This document shows, one piece after another, positions 12,651 to 29,008 of a stretch of DNA of 64,000 bases. This DNA is from Stegostoma tigrinum. Taxonomy: Eukaryota. The number at the start of each line of letters is the position of its first letter. The first letter of the stretch is position 1. The notes under the pieces are model-generated. The model saw only the letters and a list, made by a program, of their open reading frames with translations. It was not told the DNA's origin and did no database searches. Location of the stretch: contig NC_081391.1 of assembly GCF_030684315.1 (NCBI RefSeq), positions 19,986,629 to 20,050,628 on the forward strand, read 5' to 3'. The position numbers and the translations under genes are program-made.

Positions 12651-14337
12651 GAATATTGAGTTTATTTTGAGAGGTATTTGTGAGACAAGATTTAATGTTT
12701 GAAAGTTGAAGAGCCTTGGGAAGTCATTTGTGCCTTTCTGCTTTTATTTATCCAACACTTGATATGGCCCTTGGACAGTGAGGGTGCAGGACTCCCATGA
12801 GAGTCATCTTAACGTGGCCAATGCTCGGTCACATAAATAGGTGAAGACAAAACCTCATTTCCATGATCTTGTGAGCAGTAGAAGTTGGAAGGTAACCAGT
12901 CAGCTGTTTGAGCACTGAAACAAGATCATGTCTGTTGTACTTACAGCCACAATACTATTTGTAACTAACGAAGAGATGGCTTGCCAGAGCAGAAGTAGAG
13001 ACCCCAAGGTGAGAAACATGAGCTGAAATTGAGGGAATTGCAAGTTCAGAGACAACAATGGCTATAGTAGAGTTGGTGTTGGAACAGATGTACTCCTGCT
13101 CTCGGCTCAGTGACAATTTAAGCCTCAAAACAAGGATAATGACAGGGAAGAGTCAGAATACGGAGGTAGGAAATAACTGTTGAGTTTACATCCAGGGGCT
13201 GTATTTAACTCCTGAGCAAGAGCATATCAGACCACCAGGCACAGGGAGAACAGCAAGAAACACTTTCAATCCTCTGGAAGAACTGAAAAATGATTGTTTT
13301 AAAATAACAGGAACTGGAAATATGACAATAATCTCAACCCCACTTTCCACCTATTCCTGTCAACCTTTTACCTCTGCTCAAGAATTTACCTCAAAAGTAC
13401 TGAAAATCATTTGGGAGACTCCCAATACTTCAATTTGCTTAAAAGCAAGTTTCATCTTACATAGGTGACATCTTGCCCTAGTTTTACCCACAAGAGAGAG
13501 AACATCCACCCCACTGCCTCACAAGAGCCTTAAATCAAGTCCCTTTTCCACTCCCTATAATTGGTAGTTACAAGCTAGCCTCACCTGGTCAAACAGCAGC
13601 CAACTCTATATTGGTCTAGTGGACCTTTTCTGACCATCTTTTGTAGCATCTGCCTTCTTTAAATAAAGGCGATGAACCCCATTCTCTAGCTGTTGTGTCA
13701 CTAATGCCCTGGATGGTTGAGGCCAAACATCTGGTGTTCAAATTCACATTGTGAGCAACACTTCATTTGTCTGCCTTCCCAGAAATGTACCCAGCCTCTG
13801 AGAAGGCATAACATTAAAAAAGCCACAGGACTACTCGACAGCTTGAAGAGATTACTTGGACTGTGTGCGCTGTGTCTATTATGGGACAATTTGATAGGGA
13901 AACAAGAGTGCTTTACTTTCAAAGTAAGTGACTACGAGAAGTTACTTCCCTAGTGATTGGAGACTCTACTCCATAAACATGTGACCCTGTCCTGGGGAGT
14001 GAGATAGGAACACTGTCAAAGCAGTTTTCCTGTTTTTGACTGGAGCAGAGGGAATTCCATTCTATAGCTGAGTGGTGTTTCCACCCAGGAAAATGCTAAT
14101 CTGTTAAAAATAAATTTTTGCAGAATTGGCTGCCCCTGGAAACCCTGGTCTGCTTGTGATTGGAGGTCAGTAACTGGATCACAGTCAATTTATACAGCAA
14201 GCAATCTGATCTGGACCTATTTTCAGGGAATGAGCAGTAGAGCAACAAGTCTGCTTAACAGATATTTATTTCTCCAAGTGAAGAAAATAAAACAGAACTG
14301 GTTTGCATTGAGTGCTGAAATGATTCCAAACTGTCAT

Positions 14338-16712
<2,375 letters not shown>

Positions 16713-17119
16713 CTTCACACCTAATTACAAAAAGCAAACCTAAACAACAGCCTAACCCCACCTCCCACCATCTCTAGTATTTATGTAAATTGAAATCTGC
16801 ATTCCAACAGGAAATGTTATCACCAATAGTGCTTGGCTATTAGGGATTTCCAATCAGCAGGCTCCCATGAATACAGGCATTAATTAGGGAGACGTGCTGG
16901 TGGGAGCTATGTACAAAGCAGAGCCAATCGGAGCAGTGGGAAACCAGCAGGTTTCAACAGTTTGGGCCATGGGAACAGGAGGAGACCATTCAGCCCCTCA
17001 AACCTATTTCAGTATTTAATTAGATCTTGGCTGGTCTGCTTCTCAGTTCCATATAAACTACCTTCTTCCATAAAGCGGAATCATAGAATCCCATCACAAA
17101 TTCACCAAAGATCCTCAGA

Positions 17120-18690
17120 TTGCACCTTCCAAGCAGATGACCATTTCCATCCAGACAGACAAGGGCAGCAGACACATGAGAACACCACCAACTTCAAGCT
17201 CCCCTCCGAGCCACTCACCATCCCGACATGGAAATATGTTGGCGTGCCTTCAGTGTCTCTGGGTGGAAATCCTGGAATTCCCTCTGTACGGCCATCGGGG
17301 TCGACATGGACTGCAGCAGCTCATGAAGGCAGTTGAACCCCATGTTCTCAAGGGGAATCTAGCAATGTACAATAAATGCTGGCCCAGCCCATGACTGCCC
17401 TTGTCCCGCAAGTGAATACTCAAAAAAATTACAGTGCCGCAGGAGGCCATTTGGTCAATTGTGCTGCACCAGATCCATTGTGCTCATCTCTTGCCATGTC
17501 CCTGCACATCACCACGATCCCAAAAGAAAACCCAATGCTCTATTCAAAGCTTCAATTGTACGTGCCTTCCCCACGTCTCCAGGCAGCACATTGCACATAC
17601 TCTCCACATTCTGTGTAAAAATGTTTTTTTTTCTCACTTCACCCTTGCTTTGTTTGCACATCACTTTAACTATCCCCTCACGTATCTACTTTTTAAAATT
17701 TGTTGACGGGTTGAGGGCATTGCTGACTAGGCAGCATTTATTGCCCATCCCTAATTGCCCAGAGGGCAGTTAAGGGTCAACCACATTGCTGTGGGTTTGG
17801 AGTCTCATGTTGGCCATTTGGCAGTTTGGCAAATGGTGGTTTTTTTCCCTAATGGACATTAGAGGACCAGATGGATTTTTCCAGCAATTGACAATGGACT
17901 CATGGTCATCGTTAGATTCTTAAACTCCAGATATTTATTGAAATCAAATTCCACCATTTACCGTGGCGGGATTTGAACCAGGGTCCGCAGAACATGATCT
18001 GGGTCTCTAGATTAACAGTCCACAATCATACCACGAGGACATCGCCGAGTAAAAAATAAATGGGTTACTTAACAACAGCCAAGAATCTCTGATTTGAATG
18101 TTCAATGTATTCCCAAGGTTTTGGCAGAGCAGCGTTTAGATTTCCAGTATTGTGTGTGTGAGGAGCACCATCCCTAATGGATGAGCTCTAACCTTTAGGT
18201 TATGCTGCTGTCTACACCGACTTCCTCTTGTCCGAAAATATCCCACCCGAGAACATTGTTTTTCTCTCGTTGACTCGATCAAATCAATTAATCAGCTTCA
18301 AATCTTAATAATAATTATTCCTTGTTCTTCTACACTCACAGGAACTTGAGGTTTTAAAAAATGTTGTTTTGGGATGTTGGCATCACTGGCGGGGCGTGTA
18401 TTTATTGCCCATCCCTAGTTTCCTCTTGAGAAGGTGGTGGTGAGTTGCCTTTGTGAACAGTTGCAATGTCCATCTGGTGCAGATAGACTCAGATTGCCCC
18501 TAAGGAGAGAATTCCAGAAATCTGACTGATTTAACACTGCAGTGACACTGAAGGGACGGTAATATATTTCCAAGCCAGGATGGTGGATGGCTTGGAGGGG
18601 AACCTGCAGGGGGTGGTGTTCCCACGTATCTACTGCCCTTGTCTGAGCAGATGGAAGTGGATGTGGCTTTGGAAGGAGCTGTCAAAATAC
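17120..18690. mobile_element. Cluster of SINE/LINE-tail fragments (SacSINE1/L2-tail-like) in both orientations
   Basis: Motif gcatttattgcccatccctaattgccc and its reverse complement-like tail aataaatgctggcccagcc recur at about 17370, 17730, 18400 and 37130; family assignment from memory. Confidence 0.5.
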
Positions 18691-19149
18691 CTGAATTTCA
18701 TCTTCAATGCAAATTGCCTTCATTGTTTAACCCTTTCGACCTGTTGTCATCCTGTGCTGCATTCCCTCACAGACTCATAGATCGAGACCTGAATACAGTA
18801 TCATGGATATGCACTCACTGGCATTTAATAAATGGTAGCAGAACTGTCCGATCAATAACATGGGGGCATCATTTTAAGGTGAAGAGCAGTAGGTTTAGAG
18901 GGGATTTGCCAAAAACATTTTTCACCCAGATGGTGTGATGGGAATCTGGAATGCACTGTGTGGGAGGGTAGTAGAGATGGGAAACATCACAACTTTTGAA
19001 ACGTACATGGATGGGCACTTGAAGTGTCATTACACTCAAGGCTATAGGTGAAGTGCTAGAAAGTGAGATGAGTGTAGATAGGTCAGCACAGACCTGATGT
19101 CTATGGCCCGAATGTCTATCTCTTTGTATTCCAGACAATTCTGTGCCTG

Positions 19150-19890
19150 TCCACTAGCTCTTGCAATTTCTGCAGATGGATCCCGTAACCTTATGGTCAC
19201 CACCAATTCTGTTCCCCGAATGTCACAGTTTAGCTAATTTCTCTTTCTTGTTCCGAAGTGTATGGCCTCACTCTTCCTCACATTGAGGCCTGCCTGCTGC
19301 TGTTTGCTCATTCATTTCAACAATAGCTTGTTGCAAACGTTCAGGTCCCATCCACACCATCCACTTTGTCGCTTAACTTTGTTTTGTCAGGAAATTTGGA
19401 CATATATCTCTCGAGTCCTTCATCTACGTCAATCTGTCAATGTGAAACTGAAGCCCAAGTGGAGATCCCTGGGAGTGAGAGTCAAATTTTGTCAATCAAA
19501 GTTGGCAGCCATTCTGTCAGCCACCTTCCCCCTTCCCAATTCCCAACCCATGTCCAACAGTAACTTCCTATTGTACGTGCATGCATTTTTCCTAATTATA
19601 TCATGGATACTCGTCATTGGTGGAATTGATTTTATTTGCTTTGACTGTTCTCAAACTGATAGCATCAGTCCTCCAGGTCAGAGCTCCCCAATTCACCTTA
19701 GGGTTTGACGAGTTTGTAAATGAATATTTCTCCCTGTACATGATGTCGAATTAAATGACATCTGAAGGTTTGAAGCATCTCTCATCTGGTCCAGAAGAGG
19801 TCAGGGACACTGACACTGATCACAGCCGTTGAGGATATTACCCTGCACGAGATAGCCTGCAGCAAATCTGCAAATCAACCAGTCCCACTG
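19150..19890 (-). mobile_element. Ancient CR1/L2-like RT remnant
   Basis: Minus strand near 19370-19440 reads QIDVDEGLERYMSKFPDKTKL, a decayed INDIDEGIESSISKFADDTKL motif. Confidence 0.55.
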
Positions 19891-19900
19891 GGAAAACAGA

Positions 19901-19992
19901 GATAATGGGAACTGCAGATGCTGGAGAATCCAGGATAACAAAGTGTGGAGCTGGATGAACACAGCAGGCCCAGCAACATCTCAGGAGCACAG
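19901..19992 (-). mobile_element. 5'-truncated Penelope-like tail with target-site duplication
   Basis: Matches 42778-42870; flanked by cactgggaaaacaga (19886-19900) and cactgggggaaacaga (19993-20008). Paralogous copy near 50540-50630. Confidence 0.75.
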
Positions 19993-21322
19993 CACTGGGG
20001 GAAACAGACAGGATGCCTCTATCGGAATCCTATCGCTCCCATTGCTGTTAAGTTTCATGTAGAGCTTTATCCGATCAAGCTCAGGAGCTCTATCATCCAT
20101 TCCTTCTTCTGTAAGGAAGTTGTCTGTTGGATTTCTCTTAGATTTGAGAAAAAAAATATGAAAAGCAGTATCAACTCAGGACGAGAATCAATTCTTTTGG
20201 TATTTCCTGACACCAGCAAAATATAGTCCTTTCAATTTAGAGTGCAAGAAATTGTTGAACAAATTGCAGCCTGAGAATCTACGTCCAGTACCAGATTTAA
20301 GTCCTGCTTGATAATGTCTCACTTCTGCACCCCTGCCCTCCTCAGGACTGACTCTGAGCACTGCAGTATATGGAAAATGACTATTCAGTTAGTTCGCTAC
20401 ATCCAGGGTAAGCACCAGGATTCCTTACTCATTTAATTGCATGTTTGTGACAAAAAAAAATGGGTGCCAGCGTCCACGTGGCGGACTCCCAGTGCAATGG
20501 CCACCTACCTCTATACAACAGAGACTCTCTCACTGGTGTGTCTCGCAAGCCAGCCGGCAAGCAGGCTGTTGTTTGGATAATGAGTGCTTTCCTGAAGTTT
20601 GGCAGTGGGCACAGTTGTTTGTCATAAACTCAGCTGTGTTAGCTGTTAATTGCCAGTGCCGAGGGCAGAAAGTAAAAGGAAACATCAGCCCACCCACTAT
20701 TAAACTTGGGGGAAAAAAAAAAAAGAGTTTTCTAACCACGTGCCAGCTGAAGCTATTTCACATGGGCACCAACTGCATTGTTGAGATGCTCGAGTCACAC
20801 GTAGGCCAGATCAGGTAATGGTAGCAGATTTCACTCCTCAAGAAAGATTAGTCAAACAGAAGAATGGTAGATATGCAAAACTGTCAGATAGTAAACTGCC
20901 CTGATACACCGGCTGCCTCTTTAGGTCTTTAAGGATTCTGCAAACTCTCAGCTCACATTTGGAAGAAAGTTGAGCACTGGCTGCCAAACTTCAGTAAAGT
21001 AAGGAACTGCAAAAGCACATTTAAGAGAAGTGTCGTGTAGTGACAGCATCCCTAGACCAGGGTGGTCAGATTTGAGCCCCACCTGAGAGGTGATTAACAT
21101 CCAAAAATGAATTGATTAGCAGAGGGTTCAACTGTGTCAAAAGGTGAGAAAAGCACCTGCCATACAACCTAGATATGATGGATCTGAACAAAAATCAGTT
21201 ATTCAATTTCACTAAAAGTGTTTCTTCATTATGGAGATTTTATTTTCCAAGTCAACAAGGGTAGATAAAGTTTCTAAAACACTAAATCCATTTACAGCAC
21301 TGGTGGGATTCTAAAATCCCAC

Positions 21323-23647
<2,325 letters not shown>

Positions 23648-23699
23648 TCACTATCACCTAGACAGCTCTCATATCAAGTCTTTGTACCACAAGCTCCAG

Positions 23700-23790
23700 T
23701 ATTTATACTCCTGGGACATTCTACGCTCAACGAGGGAATGACATCACCAATGATGACTGACATTCCCTGAAAGCCAATTAGGAATCTCCC
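23700..23790 (-). promoter_or_regulatory. Core promoter of copy D
   Basis: TATAAATA 23700-23707, TGACATCA 23739-23746, CCAAT 23747-23751, GGGAGATTCC 23781-23790. Confidence 0.65.
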
Positions 23791-24639
23791 ATGAATTTAG
23801 CCCCACCTCTGCCCTCCCACCAATTAGAGAGAGGGTGTGGGTGTATGAGGCAGAGCTGATCAGAGGTGCAGATTGTTGTCAAGTCTGGATGGTTATTCTG
23901 TGATTGGATCAGCAGTCGGTCATTTAGAATCTCCAATCTGCCGGAACTCTCTGTCGGGTCATGGTTAGTTTGAAAAAAAAACTAGATTTGGATTTGGAAA
24001 GCTTTTCTTTTTAAACTGAGCTTGTTGTGACCAACTGCAGGAGGTGCTCAATGAAGGAGAATCAGTTTCTGCTGGGATATTGGAGAGAAAGGTCGGAGAT
24101 TGGTGGTAGTTCCTAGAAATTTGTAACAGAAACAAACAGGACAAAGACAGGAAGGATGTTTCTGATGACCAATGCGCCCAGAACCAAGGGTCACTGTCTA
24201 AGGATATAGAGTAGTCTGTTTGGGATTGAGATGAGGAGAAATGTCTTCAGCCAGACAGTGGGGTGTCTGTTGTATTCTCTGGGACAGGAAACAGTTGAGG
24301 CCAAAAGACTGAAGGTTTTGAAGAGTTAGATGTAGCTGATAGGGCTATGGGGATCAAAGGGTATGGAGAGAGAGTGTGAAGATGGTACGCAGTTAAGGGA
24401 TTACCCATCATCATATGGAATGTCAGAGCAGGCTGGAAGGGCTGTATCAAAATGGTTCATAATTTTGAACATTTCAATCAGGTCATCTTTTAATCGTCTC
24501 TGCTCCAAGGAGATAAGGCCAATTTTTAAAATCTTTCCTGGTATCATTCCAGCAAATCTCCTTTGCACAGTGTCCAGGGCTTTAATGCCCTCCCTTACAA
24601 ACAGTGCCCAGAATTGAACACAATACTCTAATGCGGTCT

Positions 24640-25090
24640 TTGGTGGTGGAGTTAGATTGTAGATGGCAGAAGTTTCGGAGGACGATGCGTTATATCCAGA
24701 GGTTAGTGGGGTGGTATGTGAGGACTAGGGGATCCTCTCGGGGAAGTTATTGCGAGGGTGGTGTGTGAGGGATGAGTTGTGGGAAATGCGGGAGACACGA
24801 TTGAGGACATTCTCGCCCACTGCAAGGGGGAAGTGGCGGTCCTGTAAGAACGAGGACATCTGGGATGTGCAGGAGTGGTATGCCTCTCCTTGGAGGAGAT
24901 GGGGCAGAGGCAAAGGAATTGGGAATAGGGGATGGAGTTTTTGCAGGAAGGTGGGTCGGTTGAGGCGTATTACAGGTAGCTGTGGGAGTCGGTGGGCTCG
25001 AAATGGACATCGGTTTGTAGGTGGTTGCCTGCGATGGAGACAGAAAGTCCAGGAAGGTGAGGGATGTGTTGGAGATGGTCCTTCCACCTT
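24640..25090 (-). mobile_element. Penelope-like element internal fragment, truncated by a deletion
   Basis: Matches 43715-44150 and 63630-64000; translation ENVLNRVSRISHNSSLTHHPRNNFPERIP is shared with those copies. Confidence 0.8.
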
Positions 25091-26921
25091 CAATGATGTA
25101 ATGCAAATACACCATACAGTTCACTCACTCCTGCACCCTCTTTAGAAATGCACCTTTTATTTTGTATTGTCTCTACATGCTTTTCCCACTTTGAACTTCA
25201 TCTGCCACTCGCTTGCCGATTCCACCAATATGTCTGTGCCCTTTTGAGGTTCGACACCATGGTCCTCACTCTAAGTTTCTCATCATGTACAAACTCTGAA
25301 ATTGCATCCCTTATACCAGGCTATATGTCATTAGCTAAGTTTAGAAAAGCCTGGCTCCTCCCCATAACCCATGGAACTCCACTACAAACCACCCCCTCGT
25401 CCAAAGAGCATCCATTGGCATCACTTATGTTTCCAGTAATGCAGCCAACTCCATATCCCTGTCACTGCGCTGCCGTTCATTACAGGGGCTTGAACATTGT
25501 GTGGCACTGTATTATATGTCTTTCGGAAGCCCACGTAGACCACACGAACAACAGCCCTCTCGCCTATCTCCTCAAAATACTTGTGCTAGATAGTTGAAAG
25601 TGATTTTCCTTTTGAGGAGATCTGGCATGGATCTCAAAAAAGATTCATATTCATCCATGTATCTATTACGCAATTTTCAACTCATCTCCATTACTTCCTA
25701 TCTTCCACACCCCAGCATCACTCATGGAAATGCCAGGCGTCTACTCCATCACTTATCCCATTTGGAAACTGAATGAAAAGCTGATGCAAAGGGACAATGC
25801 ATCGAGAAGTTGTTGCCTCTCAGTGTTCATAATTTATTGCAGCTACTAATTTCCAATTTCAAAACAATTTCTCACACAGATTTAAAAGATCCACTCCCCA
25901 CCCAAGTCCCCTAACCTGCCATTTCCACATACATGCTGTATATGTTGCTTGCCTTCTATTGAAGGAGAGCTTAACAATGTTGGAGCTGAAAGAGTTTGCA
26001 AATAAGACCTCTCCTCCTCAGCAATTTCTGTACCCTATTCCCCTGCTGAGAGCTTCACTTCAGACAAACAAGAGGAAAAGAAGTGACCCAACCAATGATT
26101 GGCTGCTGTGAACATGAAGCTATTGGGAGGTATGGAAGGGTAGGAGGGAATAAGTAGTAATGAGAAATCAGGGGGAAAGAGGGGGGTGGTGTTGAAGAAG
26201 AAAGAAGGAAGACAAAAAAAATGCTTTGAATCCAACTCTGCTTCCTTTAAATCATTCATCTGCTAACCCTCAGTCCCCAAAAGAAACAAAACAAGTCCAC
26301 AAGCTGCAGATAGGGGCAGCCTTTGCAGTCGGCAAACTTCGAAAGAGTTCACTTGACCCTTGCTGCTGTTGGAAGAAGGGCAGAGGAGGACAGAGGAAGC
26401 ACCTAGTGTCTAATGTCGTCCGGAGAATAAAGTCATGTCACTAAGCGGTACACACCTGGAAGGCTAATGTAACGCTAAAAGGAAAGGGGAAACGCCTCAT
26501 TTACAAATTTGCCATGAATAAAACATACGTTCCATATGTGCATGAAATTTATGCTACCTTTAGAGGAAGATATAGAAGTGTGTGAAATTTCTATTGTGGA
26601 TTTTTTCAGTCAAGTTACCTGGTTAGCTGTTGGTAATTTAGGTTGTTTAAAAAACAAAGATCCAAAATCCAGTTCCACAAAGACTTGTATTTCCATTTGG
26701 AATGGCAGACAGAAAAAGGTAAAGTGGGCATCAGAATTAAGTCACAAATGGACCAATTTCTTCTATAACCCCACTCAGCTCAGTGAGAGCCTGTCAAACA
26801 GGTACTCTCCCATGCCATTGTCAGGGGCTCCCAGTCTCTTCAGGTTGGTGATGTGATCTCCCAGCTTCTTGATCATCTTCACTTGCTCATCCAGGTAGTG
26901 CCTCTCCAGGAAGTCACACAG
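24640..26921 (+). repeat. Segmental duplication, paired with about 43715-45700
   Basis: Colinear PLE fragment, CR1 remnant and 3' flank through exon 4 (both genes end DRLSLS). Confidence 0.88.
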
Positions 26922-29008
26922 CTGGAACAAGGAGCCAGAATGTAATGTTAGAGCAGACACATCAACAATCACACCATTGCGCTTTTGCAGTGATATAAGT
27001 GTGAACAAGTGCTGGTATTTGAGAGCAGCTTGCTCTCCAGAAACAATGAACAGACTGGAATAGCTTTATCTGCAACTTTGCAAATGCAGAAATGGTGACA
27101 GAAACCTGAGTTTACCCACCAGGGATCAAACTGCCATTTCACAGAATTGGGTGGAAGTTCTAAACACTTACGCCTCTCACCAAGTCAGCAAAGCACATAT
27201 CAGTGACTGACATCTATGTTCAGGATGGCTGCTGCTCTCAAACACTGGGACAATAGCAAGCCTATGCTTGTAGAACAGGAATAGCAGATTCCCATGTCAC
27301 CTTGAGCTCCCTCGAGACATGCATCCCATCAGGAACTCACATGAGGGTCCGTGTGGCTAGAGGCGAGTTTGTGCAGATCCAGCAGACTCTGGTTCACATC
27401 CTTCTCCATCCGCAGAGCTCTCTGCATTGCCTCCAGACCATTGCCCCACTCATCCTGCTCTGGCTTCTGGAGGGAGAAGACAGTCATTAGTGAGGTTAGA
27501 AGGTCCAAGACTCGTACAAAGGCAAGAAAATGAAGACATGTGGTAATCTGTGCCATATCCAAACCAAGGATTAATAACAATTCACAATTCACAGAAGGTC
27601 ATGGAGACCATTATCAGACATTTGATCCATCATTAAGAACTGCTGACAGATCAGGGCAAAAGACTGAAACATTGGGATGAAGTTACCTGTATTCAGGCTA
27701 GTCTACAGTAATGTATCAGTCTAAACTGTCATTGGGGCAAGTTCAGTGCTAAAACCCTTTCATTCTGATTTGTTGATCTTTCAGAAAAGGAAAGAATTAG
27801 CAAAACCAACTCACATCAAGCAGAGACTTTCTATCAAGACACCTCACTCATCTCAACACAAGATGTACAGGGGAGTCTGGAACACCAAGGCCATTGCACA
27901 AGCAAGAAACAACACAATTTGCATTTACTACAAGAGATAGACCCCAACCTTGATGTCCTGCAGGAGAACACGGCCACCACGTTTATTCTGGAATGCCATC
28001 AGTTTCTCAGCATGTTCCTGTTCCTCATGGGACTGCTCCTTGAAGAACTCTGCAAAGTGACGGAGGGCAACATCATCCCGGTCAAAGTAAGAGAACTGTA
28101 AGCAGAAGGGAACAGAAGGCAAGACTAAAATTTCATCACCAGCTAAAAGAGTAAAATAGTAAGCTATTTAACAACTGACTGTATCACAAGTCACTTAAAA
28201 AATAAACAGGTGACAATTGATCACAGCATTGATGTTACACATCATCTCCAGACAAACATTCCTCTCCTCCTTCCCCCACCACCCTACTCAAGTCAGCAAC
28301 ACTAGCTCCTCCCCAAAAGGAACCCAATAATTAGAGACTATAATCTAATCTAATACTGTAATTGCTTCATGGAAACATCCAGTATTAAACATGGACATGA
28401 ACATTAGACTTTTCCTGACACCATACACTTCAGAACATAAAAGACAGAGGAGGATGCTAACCAATTGTGCAGTAAGGCTCAGCAGTTAGCACTACTGCCA
28501 CACAGTGCCAGGGACCAGGGTTTGATTAAAACTGTGCATGTGAAGTTCACACATTCTCTCCAAAGATGTGGGTTTCCTTTCACTGCCCATATATGGGCAG
28601 ATGATGTTGACCAGCTGTGCTAAATTGCCCATAGTGGCCAGGGCAGGTGGGTTAGCCATGGGAAGTGCAGGGTCACAAGGGGACAGTAGGTGGGAGTGCT
28701 CTTGAGATGGACTCAATTGGACAAGTGACCTATATCTACATTATGCAGATGCTAATGATTATGATACCCAGCCAAAGAGAACCACTCTCAGAAGGAGTAA
28801 TTTAGATTTCAACACTCTGCTTATTAAAGAGGAGAACTTCTAGGTCTTATCAGATTTACATTTAAATGCATTGTCTCATTTTACAATGCAGACAATCAAG
28901 CCTCACCATGGAGAGGTAAACATAAGAGGAATAGAGCTCCAGGTTGATCTGCTTGTTAACAGCATCCTCACAGTCCTTGTGATAGTTCTGACACACTTGG
29001 GAAGCCAT
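26775..29008 (-). CDS. Ferritin subunit copy E, intact, 173 aa
   Basis: Exons 28907-29008, 27949-28095 (…[10 protein letters not shown]…), 27341-27466, 26775-26921. GT-AG. Confidence 0.95.
28468..28760 (+). mobile_element. Degenerate HE1-like SINE in intron 1 of copy E
   Basis: tRNA-like head ggctcagcagttagcactactgccacacagtgccagggaccagggtttgatt and gctaaattgcccatagtg core. Confidence 0.6.

Noticed and set aside
19262-19708. 148-aa ORF conserved at 49899-50345
   Set aside because: Conservation reflects the recent segmental duplication; it is antisense to a decayed LINE RT.
28468-28530. tRNA-like sequence as a tRNA gene
   Set aside because: It is the decayed head of a SINE; no complete cloverleaf.
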